A stretch of DNA of 64,000 bases from Heterodontus francisci (taxonomy: Eukaryota): positions 66,892,862 through 66,956,861 of the forward strand of contig NC_090399.1 in assembly GCF_036365525.1 (NCBI RefSeq), in the 5' to 3' direction. This document shows positions 1 through 12,300 of this stretch, piece by piece (within the stretch, counting starts at the first letter, position 1; the number at the start of each line of letters is the position of its first letter). The notes under the pieces were generated by a model. The model was not told where the DNA came from. It searched no databases and saw only the letters and a list, made by a program, of their open reading frames with translations. Made by a program: the position numbers and the translations under genes.

Positions 1-169
1 ATTTACTGCTGATCTGTGTTGTGTTGTGTTGGGGTTTATTTACAGGGACTCTGTTGTGTTGGGGTTTATTTACAGGGGCTCTGTTTTGTGTTGTGTTGGG
101 GTTTATTTACAGGGGTTCTGTGTTGTGTTGTTTTGGGGTATATTTACAGGGGCTCTGTGTTGTGTTGTG

Positions 170-2675
170 TTGGGGTCTATTTACAGGGACTCTGTGTTGT
201 GTTGGGGTTTATTTACAGGGGACCTGTGTTGTGTTGGGGTTTATTTACTGCTGATCTGTGTTGTGTTGTTTTGGGGTTTATTTACAGGGGCTCTGTGATG
301 TGTTGGGGTTTATTTACAGGGACTCTGTTGTGTTGGGGTTTATTTACAGGGGCTCTGTGTTGTGTTGTGGTTAATTATCAGGGGTTCTGTGTTGTGTTGG
401 GGTTTATTTACAGGGGCTCTGTGTTGTGTTGTGTTGGAGTTTATTTACAGGGACTCTGTTGTGTTGGGGTTTATTTACAGGGGCTCTCTGTTGTGTTGGG
501 GTTTATTTACAGGGGCTCTGTGTTGTGTTGTGGTTTATTCACAGAGACTCTGTGTTGTGTTGGGGTTTATTTACAGGGGCTCTGTGTTGTGTTGTTTTGG
601 GGTTTATTTACAGGGGCTCAGTGTTGTGTTGGGGTTTTTTTTACAGGGACTCTGTGTTGTGTTGTGTTGGGGTTTATTTACAGGGGCTCTGTGTTGTGTT
701 GTTTTGGGGTTTATTTCCAGGGGCTCTGTGTTGCGTTGGGGTTTATTTACAGGGTCTCTGTTGTGTTGGGGTTTATTTACAGGGGCTCTGTGTTGTGTTG
801 TGTTGGGGTTTATTTACAGGGGCTCTGTGTTGTGTTGGGGTTTATTTACAGGGGCTCTGTGTTGTGTTGTTATGGGGTTTATTTACAGGGGCTCTGTTTT
901 GTGTTGTGTTGGTCATTATTTACAGGGGCTCTGTGTTGTGTTGGGGTTTATTTACAGGGGCTCTGTGTTGTGTTGTTTTGGGGTTTATTTACAGGGGCTC
1001 TGTGTTGTGTTGTGGTTTATTTACAGGGGCTCTGTGTTGTGTTGGGGTTTATTTACAGGGACTCTGTTGTGTTGGGGTTTATTTACATGGGCTCTGTGTT
1101 GTGTTGTTTTGGGGTTTATTTACAGGGGCTCTGTGTTGTGTTGGGGTTTATTTACAGGGACTCTGTTGTGTTGGGGTTTATTTACAGGGACTCTGTTGTG
1201 TTGGGGTTTATTTACAGGGGCTCTGTGTTGTGTTGTGGTTTATTTACAGGGGCTCTGTGTTGTGTTGGGGTTTATTTACAGGGACTCTGTTGTGTTGGGG
1301 TTTATTTACAGGGGCTCTGTTTTGTGTTGTGTTGGGGTTTATTTACAGGGGCTCTGTGTTGTGTTGTTTTGGGGTATATTTACAGGGGCTCTGTGTGGTG
1401 TTGTGTTGGGGTTTATTTACAGGGGCTCTGTGTTGTTTTGGGGTTTATTTACAAAGGCACTGTGTTGTGTTGGGTTTATTTCCATGGGCTGTGTGTTGTG
1501 TTGGGGTGATTTCCAGGGATCTGTGTTGGTTTGGGGTTTATTTACAGGGGCTCTGTGTTGTGTTGGAGTTTATTTACAGGGACTCTGTTGTGTTGTGTTG
1601 GGGTTTATTTACAGGGGCTCTGAGTTGTGTTGTGTTGGAGTATATTTACAGGGACTGTGTGTTGTGTTGGGGTTTATTTACAGGGACTCTGTTGTGTTGC
1701 GGTTTATTTACAGGGGCTCTGTGTTGTGTTGGGGTAAATTTACAGGGGCTCTGTGTTGTGTTGGGGTTTATTTACAGGGAATCTGTTGTGTTGGGGTTTA
1801 TTTACAGGGGCTCTGTGTTGTTTTGGGGTAAATTTACAGGGGTTCTGTGTTGTGTTGGGGTTTATTTACAGGGGCTCTGTTGTGTTGGGGTTTATTTACA
1901 GGGGCTCTTTGTTGTGTTGTGTTGGGGTTTATTTACAGGGCCTCTGTGTTGTGTTGGGGTTTATTTACAGGGGCTCTGTGTTGTGTTGTTTTGGGGTTTA
2001 TTTCCAGGGACTCTGTGTTGTGTTGGGGTTTATTTACAGGGACTCTGCTGTTTTGGGGTCTATTTACAGGGGCTCTGTGTTGTGTTGGAGTTTATTTACA
2101 GGGACTCTGTGTTGTGTTGGGGTTTATTTACAGGGGACCTGTGTTGTGTTGGGGTTTATTTACTGCTGATCTGTGTTGTGTTGTTTTGGGGTTTATTTAC
2201 AGGGGCTCTGTGATGTGTTAGGGTTTATTTACAGGGACTCTGTTGTGTTGGGGTTTATTTACAGGGGCTCTGTGTTGTGTTGTGGTTTATTATCAGGGGT
2301 TCTGTGTTGTGTTGGGGTTTATTTACAGGGGCTCTGTGTTGTGTTGTGTTGGAGTTTATTTACAGGGACTCTGTTGTGTTGGGGTTTATTTACAGGGGCT
2401 CTCTGTTGTGTTGGGGTTTATTTACAGGGGCTCTGTGTTGTGTTGTGGTTTATTCACAGAGACTCTGTGTTGTGTTGGTGTTTATTTACAGGGGCTCTGT
2501 GTTGTGTTGTTTTGGGGTTTATTTACAGGGGCTCAGTGTTGTGTTGTGTTTTTTTTTACAGGGACTCTGTGTTGTGTTGTGTTGGGGTTTATTTACAGGG
2601 GCTCTGTGTTGTGTTGTTTTGGGGTTTATTTACAGGGGCTCTGTGTTGCGTTGGGGTTTATTTACAGGGACTCTG
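170..2675. repeat. Dispersed higher-order duplication, offset 1915 bp (~170-760 vs ~2085-2675; ends approximate)
   Basis: GACCT variant at 221 and 2136. ORF ends 254/2169 and 298/2213 and starts 362/2277 all differ by 1915. The variant series ACTGCTGATCT, CTGTGATG, ATCAGGGGTTCT, TTCACAGAGA, CTCAGTG+poly-T is shared. Confidence 0.8.
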
Positions 2676-3571
2676 TTGTGTTGGGGTTTATTTACAGGGG
2701 CTCTGTGTTGTGCTGTTATGGGGTTTATTTACAGGGGCTCTGTTTTGTGTTGTGTTGGTCATTATTTACAGGGGCTCTGTGTTGTGTTGGGGTTTATTTA
2801 CAGGGGCTCTGTGTTGTGTTGTTTTGGGGTTTATTTACAGGAGCTCTGTTTTGTGTTGTGTTGGGGTTTATTTACAGGGGCTCTGTGTTGTGTTGCGGTT
2901 TATTTACAGGGGCTCTGTGTTGTGTTGGGGTTTATTTACAGGGACTCTGTGTTGTGTTGTTTTGGGGTTTATTTACAGGGGCTCTGTGTTGTGTTGGGGT
3001 TTATTTACAGGGACTCTGTTGTGTTGGGGTTTATTTACAGGGGCTCTGTGTTGTGTTGTTTTGGGGTTTATTTACAGGGGCTCTGTTTTGTGTTGTGTTG
3101 GGGTTTATTTACAGGGGCTCTGTGTTGTGTTGTTCTGGGGTTTATTTACAGGGGCTCTGTGTTGCGTTGGGGTTTATTTACAGGGACTCTGTTGTGTTGG
3201 GGTTTATTTACAGGGGCTCTGTGTTGTTTTGGGGTTTATTTACAGGGACTCTGTTGTGTTGGGGTTTATTTCCAGGGGCTCTGTGTTGTGTTGTGTTGGG
3301 GTTTATTTACAGGGGCTCTTTGTTGTTTTGTGTTGGGGTTTATTTACAGGGGCTCTGTGTTGTGTTGGGGTTTATTTACAGGGGCTCTGTGTTGTGTTGT
3401 TTTGGGGTTTATTTCCAGGGACTCTGTGTTGTGTTGGGGTTTATTTACAGGGACTCTGCTGTTTTGGGGTATATTTACAGGGGCTCTGTGTTGTGTTGGA
3501 GTTTATTTACAGGGACTCTGTGTTGTGTTGGGATTTATTTACAGGGGATCTGTGTTGTGTTGGGGTTTATT

Positions 3572-6500
3572 TACTGCTGATCTGTGTTGTGTTGTTTTGG
3601 GGTTTATTTACAGGGGCTCTGTGATGTGTTGGGGTTTATTTACAGGGACTCCGATGTATTGGGGTTGATTTACAGTGGCTCTGTGTTGTGTTGTGGTTAA
3701 TTATCAGGGGTTCTGTGTTGTATTGGGGTTTATTTACAGGGGCTCTGTGTTGTGTTGTGTTGGAGTTTATTTACAGGGACTCTGTTGTGTTGAGGTTTAT
3801 TTACAGGGGCTCTCTGTTGTGTTGGGGTTTATTTACAGGGGCTCTGTGTTGTGTTGTTTTGGGGTTTATTTACAGGAGCTCAGTGTTGTGTTGGGGTTTT
3901 TTGTACAGGGACTCTGTGTTGTGTTGGGGTTTATTTACAGGGACTCTGTTTTGTGTTGTGTTGGGGTTTATTTACAGGGGCTCTGTGTTGTGTTGTTTTG
4001 GGGTTTATTTACAGGGGCTCTGTGTTGCGTTGGGGTTTATTTACAGGGACTCTGTTGTGTTGGGGTTTATTTACAGGGGCTCTGTGTTGTGTTGTGTTGG
4101 GGTTTATTGACAGGGGCTCTGTGTTGTGTTGGGGTTTATTTACAGGGGCTCTGTGTTGTGTTGTTATGGGCTTTATTTTCAGGGGCTCTGTTTTGTGTTG
4201 TGTTGGTCATTATTTACAGGGGCTCTGTGTTGTGTTGGGGTTTATTTACAGGGGCTCTGTGTTGTGTTGTTTTGGGGTTTATTTACAGGGGCTCTGTTTT
4301 GTGTTGTGTTGGGGTTTATTTACAGGGGCTCTGTTGTGTTGGGGTTTATTTACAGGGGCTCTTTGTTGTGTTGTGTTGGGGTTTATTTACAGGGGCTCTG
4401 TGTTGTGTTGGGGTTTATTTACAGGGGCTCTGTGTTGTGTTGTTTTGGGGTTTATTTCCAGGGACTCTGTGTTGTGTTGGGGTTTATTTACAGGGACTCT
4501 GCTGTTTTGGGGTCTATTTACAGGGGCTCTGTGTTGTGTTGGAGTTTATTTACAGGGACTCTGTGTTGTGTTGGGGTTTATTTACAGGGGACCTGTGTTG
4601 TTTTGGGGTTTATTTACAGGGACTCTGTGATGTGTTGGGGTTTATTTACAGGGACTCTGTTGTGTTGGGGTTTATTTACAGGGGCTCTGTGTTGTGTTGT
4701 GGTTAATTATCAGGGGTTCTGTGTTGTGTTGGGGTTTATTTACAGGGGCTCTGTGTTGTGTTGTGTTGGAGTTTATTTACAGGGACTCTGTTGTGTTGGG
4801 GTTTATTTACAGGGGCTCTCTGTTGTGTTGGGGTTTATTTACAGGGGCTCTGTGTTGTGTTGTGGTTTATTCACAGAGACTCTGTGTTGTGTTGGTGTTT
4901 ATTTACAGGGGCTCTGTGTTGTGTTTTTTGGGGGTTTATTTACAGGGGCTCAGTGTTGTGTTGGGGTTTTTTTTACAGGGACTCTGTGTTGTGTTGGGGT
5001 TTATTTACAGGGGCTCTTTGTTGTGTTGTGTTGGGGTTTATTTACAGGGGCTCTGTGTTGTGTTGGGGTTTATTTACAAGGGCTCTGTGTTGTGTTGTGT
5101 TGGGGTTTATTTACAGGGGCTCTCTGTTGTGTTGGGGTTTATTTGCAGGGGCTCTGTGTTGTGTTGTGGTTTATTCACAGAGACTCTGTGTTGTGTTGGT
5201 GTTTATTTACAGGGGCTCTGTGTTGTGTTGTTTTGGGGTTTATTAACAGGGGCTCTGTTTTGTGTTGTGTTGGGGTTTATTTACAGGGGCTCTGTGTTGT
5301 GTTGGGGTTTATTTACAGGGACTCTGTTGTGTTGGGGTTTATTTACAGGGGCTCTTTGTTGTTTTGTGTTGGGGTTTATTTACAGGGGCTCTGTGTTGTG
5401 TTGGGGTTTATTTACAGGGGCTCTGTGTTGTGTTGTTTTGGGGTTTATTTCCAGGGACTCTGTGTTGTGTTGGGGTTTATTTACAGGGACCCTGCTGTTT
5501 TGGGGTATATTTACAGGGGCTCTGTGTTGTGTTGGAGTTTATTTACAGGGACTCTGTGTTGTGTTGGGATTTATTTACAGGGGATCTGTGTTGTGTTGGG
5601 GTTTATTTACAGGGACTCCGATGTATTGGGGTTGATTTACACTGGCTCTGTGTTGTGTTGTGGTTAATTATCAGGGGTTCTGTGTTGTGTTGGGGTTTAT
5701 TTACAGGGGCTCTGTGTTGTGTTGTGTTGGAGTTTATTTACTGCTGATCTGTGTTGTGTTGTTTTGGGGTTTATTTACAGGGGCTCTGTGATGTGTTGGG
5801 GTTTATTTACAGGGACTCCGATGTATTGGGGTTGATTTACAGTGGCTCTGTGTTGTGTTGTGGTTAATTATCAGGGGCTCTGTGTTGTGTTGGGGTTTAT
5901 TTACAGGGGCTCTGTGTTGTGTTGTGTTGGAGTTTATTTACAGGGACTCTGTTGTGTTGAGGTTTATTTACAGGGGCTCTCTGTTGTGTTGGGGTTTATT
6001 TACAGGGGCTCTGTGTTGTGTTGTTTTGGGGTTTATTTACAGGAGCTCAGTGTTGTGTTGGGGTTTTTTGTACAGGGACTCTGTGTTGTGTTGGGGTTTA
6101 TTTACAGGGACTCTGTTTTGTGTTGTGTTGGGGTTTATTTACAGGGGCTCTGTGTTGCGTTTGGGTTTATTTACAGGGACTCTGTTGTGTTGGGGTTTAT
6201 TTACAGGGGCTCTGTGTTGTGTTGTGTTGGGGTTTATTTACAGGGGCTCTGTGTTGTGTTGGGGTTTATTTACAGGGGCTCTGTGTTGTGTTGTTATGGG
6301 CTTTATTTTCAGGGGCTCTGTTTTGTGTTGTGTTGGTCATTATTTACAGGGGCTCTGTGTTGTGTTGGGGTTTATTTACAGGGGCTCTGTGTTGTGTTGT
6401 TTTGGGGTTTATTTACAGGGGCTCTGTTTTGTGTTGTGTTGGGGTTTATTTACAGGGGCTCTGTTGTGTTGGGGTTTATTTACAGGGGCTCTTTGTTGTG

Positions 6501-6875
6501 TTGTGTTGGGGTTTATTTACAGGGGCTCTGTGTTGTGTTGGGGTTTATTTACAGGGGCTCTGTGTTGTGTTGTTTTGGGGTTTATTTCCAGGGACTCTGT
6601 GTTGTGTTGGGGTTTATTTACAGGGACTCTGCTGTTTTGGGGTCTATTTACAGGGGCTCTGTGTTGTGTTGGAGTTTATTTACAGGGACTCTGTGTTGTG
6701 TTGGGGTTTATTTACAGGGGACCTGTGTTGTTTTGGGGTTTATTTACAGGGACTCTGTGATGTGTTGGGGTTTATTTACAGGGACTCTGTTGTGTTGGGG
6801 TTTATTTACAGGGGCTCTGTGTTGTGTTGTGGTTAATTATCAGGGGTTCTGTGTTGTGTTGGGGTTTATTTACAG
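3572..6875. repeat. Higher-order duplication, offset 2167 bp falling to 2130 bp after loss of one 37-mer (~3572-4745 vs ~5739-6875)
   Basis: ORF starts 3675/5842, 3688/5855 and 3851/6018 differ by 2167; ORF ends 4630/6760 and 4706/6836 differ by 2130. Shared rare variants: CCGATGTATT, TTGTACAG, GGGCTTTATTTTCAG. Confidence 0.85.
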
Positions 6876-9399
6876 GGGCTCTGTGATGTGTTGGGGTTTA
6901 TTTACAGGGACTCTGTTGTGTTGGGGTTTATTTACAGGGGCTCTGTGTTGTGTTGTGGTTAATTATCAGGGGTTCTGTGTTGTGTTGGGGTTTATTTACA
7001 GGGGCTCTGTGTTGTGTTGTGTTGGAGTTTATTTACAGGGACTCTGTTGTGTTGGGGTTTATTTACAGGGGCTCTCTGTTGTGTTGGGGTTTATTTGCAG
7101 GGGCTCTGTGTTGTGTTGTGGTTTATTCACAGAGACTCTGTGTTGTGTTGGTGTTTATTTACAGGGGCTCTGTGTTGTGTTTTTTGGGGGTTTATTTACA
7201 GGGGCTCTGTGTTGTTTTGGGGTTTATTTACAGGGACTCTGTTGTGTTGGGGTTTATTTCCAGGGGCTCTTTGTTGTGTTGTGTTGGGGTTTATTTACAG
7301 GGGCTCTGTGTTGTGTTGGGGTTTATTTACAGGGGCTCTGTGTTGTGTTGTTTTGGGGTTTATTTCCAGGGACTCTGTGTTGTGTTCGGGTTTATTTACA
7401 GGGACTCTGCTGTTTTGGGGTCTATTTACAGGGGCTCTGTGTTGTGTTGGAGTTTATTTACAGGGGACCTGTGTTGTGTTGGGGTTTATTTACTGCTGTT
7501 CTGTGTTGTGTTGTTTTGGGGTTTATTTCCAGGGACTCTGTGTTGTGTTGGGGTTTATTTACAGGGACTCTGCTGTTTTGGGGTCTATTTACAGGGGCTC
7601 TGTGTTGTGTTGGGGTTTATTTACAGGGGACCTGTGTTGTGTTGGGGTTTATTTACTGCTGATCTGTGTTGTGTTGTTTTGGGGTTTATTTACAGTGGCT
7701 CTGTGATGTGTTGGGGTTTATTTACAGGGACTCTGTTGTGTTGGGGTTTATTTACAGGGGCTCTGTGTTGTGTTAATTATCAGGGGTTCTGTGTTGTGTT
7801 GGGGTTTATTTACAGGGGCTCTGTGTTGTGTTGTGTTGGAGTTTATTTACAGGGACTCTGTTGTGTTGGGGTTTATTTACAGGGGCTCTCTGTTGTGTTG
7901 GGGTTTATTTACAGGGGCTCTGTTTTGTGTTGGTGTTTATTCACAGAGACTCTGTGTTGTGTTGGTGTTTATTTACAGGGGCTCTGTGTTGTGTTGTTTT
8001 GGAGTTTATTTACAGGGGCTCTGTGTTGTGTTGGGGTTTATTTACAGGGACTCTGTTTTGTGTTGTGTTGGGGTTTATTTACAGGGGCTTTCTGTTGTGT
8101 TGTTTTGGGGTTTATCTAAAGGGGCTCTGTGTTGCGTTGGGGTTTATTTACAGGGACTCTGTTGTGTTGGGGTTTATTTACAGGGGCTCTGTGTTGTGTT
8201 GTGTTGGGGTTTATTTACAGGGGCTCTGTGTTGTGTTGGGGTTTATTTACAGGGGCTCTGTGTTGTGTTGTTATGGGGTTTATTTACAGGGGCTCTGTTT
8301 TGTGTTGTGTTGGTCATTATTTACAGGGGCTCTGTGTTGTGTTGGGGTTTATTTACAGGGGCACTGTCTTGTGTTGTTTTGGGGTTTATTTACAGGGGCT
8401 CTGTGTTGTGTTGCGGTTTATTTACAGGGGCTCTGTGTTGTGTTGGGGTTTCTTTTCAGGGACTCTGTTGTGTTGGGGTTTATTTACATGGGCTCTGTGT
8501 TGTGTTGTTTTGGGGTTTATTTACAGGGGCTCTGTGTTGTGTTGGGGTTTATTTACAGGGACTCTGTTGTGTTGGTGTTTATTTACAGGGGCTCTGTGTT
8601 GTGTTGTTTTGGGGTTTATTTACAGGGGCTCTGTTTTGTGTTGTTTTGGGGTTTATTTACAGGGGCTCTGTGTTGTGTTGTGTTGGGATTTATTTACATG
8701 GGCTCTGTGTTGCGTTGGGGTTTATTTACAGGGACTCTGTTGTGTTGGGGTTTATTTACAGGGGCTCTGTGTTGTTTTGGGGTTTATTTACAGGGACTCT
8801 GTTGTGTTGGGGTTTATTTCCAGGGGCTCTTTGTTGTGTTGTGTTGGGGTTTATTTCCAGGGGCTCTGTGTTGTGTTGGGGTTTATTTACAGGGGCTCTG
8901 TGTTGTGTTGTTTCGGGGTTTATTTCCAGGGACTCTGTGTTGTGTTGGGGTTTATTTACAGGGACTCTGCTGTTGTGGGGTCTATTTACAGGGGCTCTGT
9001 GTTGTGTTGGAGTTTATTTACAGGCACTCTGTGTTGTGTTGGGGTTAATTTACTGCTGATCTGTGTTGTGTTGTTTTGGGGTTTATTTACAGGGGCTCTG
9101 TGATGTGTTGGAGTTTATTTACAGGGGCTCTGTTTTGTGTTGTGTTGGGGTTTATTTACAGGGGCTCTGTGTTGTGTTGCGGTTTATTTACAGGGGCTCT
9201 GTGTTGTGTTGGGGTTTATTTACAGGGACTCTGTTGTGTTGGGGTTTATTTACATGGGCTCTGTGTTGTGTTGTTTTGGGGTTTATTTACAGGGGCTCTG
9301 TGTTGTGTTGGGGTTTATTTACAGGGACTCTGTTGTGTTGGGGTTTATTTACAGGGGCTCTGTGTTGTGTTGTTTTGGGGTTTATTTACAGGGGCTCTG

Positions 9400-12300
9400 T
9401 TTTGTGTTGTGTTGGGGTTTATTTACAGGGGCTCTGTGTTGTGTTGTTCTGTGGTTTATTTACAGGGGCTCTGTGTTGCGTTGGGGTTTATTTACAGGGA
9501 CTCTGTTGTGTTGGGGTTTATTTACAGGGGCTCTGTGTTGTTTTCGGGTTTATTTACAGGGACTCTGTTGTGTTGGGGTTTATTTCCAGGGGCTCTGTGT
9601 TGTGTTGTGTTGGGGTTTATTTACAGGGGCTCTGTGTTGTGTTGCGGTTTATTTACAGGGACTCTGTGTTGTGTTGGGGTTTATTTACAGGGACTCTGTT
9701 GTGTTGGGGTTTATTTACAGTGGCTCTATGTTGTGTTGGGGTTTATTTACAGGGATTCTGTTGTGTTGGGGTTTATTTACAGGGGCTCTGTGTTGTGTTG
9801 TTTTGGGGTATATTTACAGGGGCTCTGTGTTGTGTTGTGTTGGGGTTTATTTACAGGGGCTCTGTGTTGTGTTGTTTTGGGGTTTATTTACAGGGGCTCT
9901 GTGTTGCGTTGGGGTTTATTTCCAGGGACACTGTGTTGTGTTGGGGTTTATTTACAGGGGCTCTGTGTTGTGTTATGTTGGGGTTTATTTAGAGGGGCTC
10001 TGTTTTGTGCTGTGTTGGTCATTATTTACAGGGGCTCTGTGTTGTTTTGGGGTTTATTTACAGGGGCTCTATGTTGTGTTGGGGTTTATTTACAGGGATT
10101 CTGTTGTGATGGGGTTTATTTACAGGGGCTCTGTGTTGTGTTGTTTTGGGGTTTATTTACAGTGGCTCTGTGTTGTGTTGGGGTTTATTTACAGGGGCAC
10201 TGTGTTGTGTTGTTTTGGGGTTTATTTAGAGGGGCTCTGTTTTGTGTTGTGTTGGTCATTATTTACAGTGGCTCTGTGTTGTGTTGGGGTTTATTTACAG
10301 GGGCTCTGTGTTGTGTTGGGGTTTATTTACAGGGGCTCTGTGTTGTGTTGTTTTGGGGTTTACTTACAGGGGCTTTGTTTTGTGTTGTGTTGGGGTTTAT
10401 TTGCAGGGGCTCTGTGTTGTTTTGGGGTTTATTTACAAAGGCTCTGTGTTGTGTTGGGTTTATTTACAGGGGCTGTGTGTTGTGTCGGTGTTTATTTACA
10501 GGGGCTCTGTGTTGTGTTGTGTTGTGATTTATTTACAGGGGCTCTGTGTTGTGTTGTTATGGGGTTTATTTACAGGGGCTCTGTTTTGTGTTGTGTTGGG
10601 GTTTATTTACAGGGGCTCTGTGTTGTGTTGCGGTTTATTTACAGGGGCTCTGTGTTGTGTTGTTTTGGGGTTTATTTACAGGGGCTCTGTGTTGTGTTGG
10701 GGTTTATTTACAGGGACTCTGTTGTGTTGGGGTTTATTTACAGGGGCTCTCTATTGTGTTGTTTTGGGGTTTATTTACAGGAGCTCTGTTTTGTGTTGTG
10801 TTGGGGTTTATTTACAGGGGCTCTGTGTTGTGTTGTTCTGGGGTTTATTTACAGGGGCTCTGTGTTGCGTTGGGGTTTATTTACAGGGACTCTGTTGGGG
10901 TTTATTTACACGGGCTCTGTGTTGTTTTCGGGTTTATTTACAGAGACTCTGTGTTGTGTTGGTGTTTATTTACAGGGGCTCTGTGTTGTGTTGTTTTGGG
11001 GTTTATTTACAGGGGCTCTGTTTTGTGTCGTGTTGGGGTTTATTTACAGGGGCTCTGTGTTGTGTTGTTCTGGGGTTTATTTACAGGGGCTCTGTGTTGC
11101 GTTGGGGTTTATTTACAGGGACTCTGTTGGGGTTTATTTACAGGGGCTCTGTTTTGTGTTGTGGTTTATTCACAGAGACTCTGTGTTGTGTTGGTGTTTA
11201 TTTACAGGGGCTTTGTGTTGTGTTGTGTTGGGGTTTATTTACAGGGGCTCTGTGTTGTGTTGCGGTTTATTTACAGGGGCTCTGTGTTGTGTTGTTTTGG
11301 GGTTTATTTACAGGGGCTCTGTGTTGTGTTGGGGTTTATTTACAGGGACTCTGTTGTGTTGGGGTTTATTTACAGGGGCTCTGTATTGTGTTGTTTTGGG
11401 GTTTATTTACAGGGGCTCTGTTTTGTGTTGTTTCGGGGTTTATTTCCAGGGACTCTGTGTTGTGTTGGGGTTTATTTACAGGGACTCTGCTGTTGTGGGG
11501 TCTATTTACAGGGGCTCTGTGTTGTGTTGGAGTTTATTTACAGGGGACCTGTGTTGTGTTGGGGTTTATTTACTGCTGATCTGTGTTATGTTGTTTTGGG
11601 GTTTATTTACAGGGGCTCTGTGATGTGTTGGGGTTTATTTACAGGGACTCTGTTGTGTTGGGGTTTATTTAAAGGGGCTCTGTGTTGTGTTGTGGTTAAT
11701 TATCAGGGGCTCTGTGTTGTGTTGTGGTTTATTCACAGAGACTCTGTGTTGTGCTGGTGTTTATTTACAGGGGCTCTGTGTTGTGTTGTTTTGGGGTTTA
11801 TTTGCAGGGGCTCTGTTTTGTGTTGTGTTGGGGTTTATTTACAGGGGCTCTGTGTTGTGTTGTTCTGTGGTTTATTTACAGGGGCTCTGTGTTGCGTTGG
11901 GGTTTATTTACAGGGACTCTGTTGTGTTGGGGTTTATTTACAGGGGCTCTGTGTTGTTTTCGGGTTTATTTACAGGGACTCTGTTGTGTTGGGGTTTATT
12001 TCCAGGGGCTCTGTGTTGTGTTGTGTTGGGGTTTATTTACAGGGGCTCTGTGTTGTGTTGCGGTTTATTTACAGGGACTCTGTGTTGTGTTGGGGTTTAT
12101 TTACAGGGACTCTGTTGTGTTGGGGTTTATTTACAGTGGCTCTATGTTGTGTTGGGGTTTATTTACAGGGATTCTGTTGTGTTGGGGTTTATTTACAGGG
12201 GCTCTGTGTTGTGTTGTTTTGGGGTATATTTACAGGGGCTCTGTGTTGTGTTGTGTTGGGGTTTATTTACAGGGGCTCTGTGTTGTGTTGTTTTGGGGTT

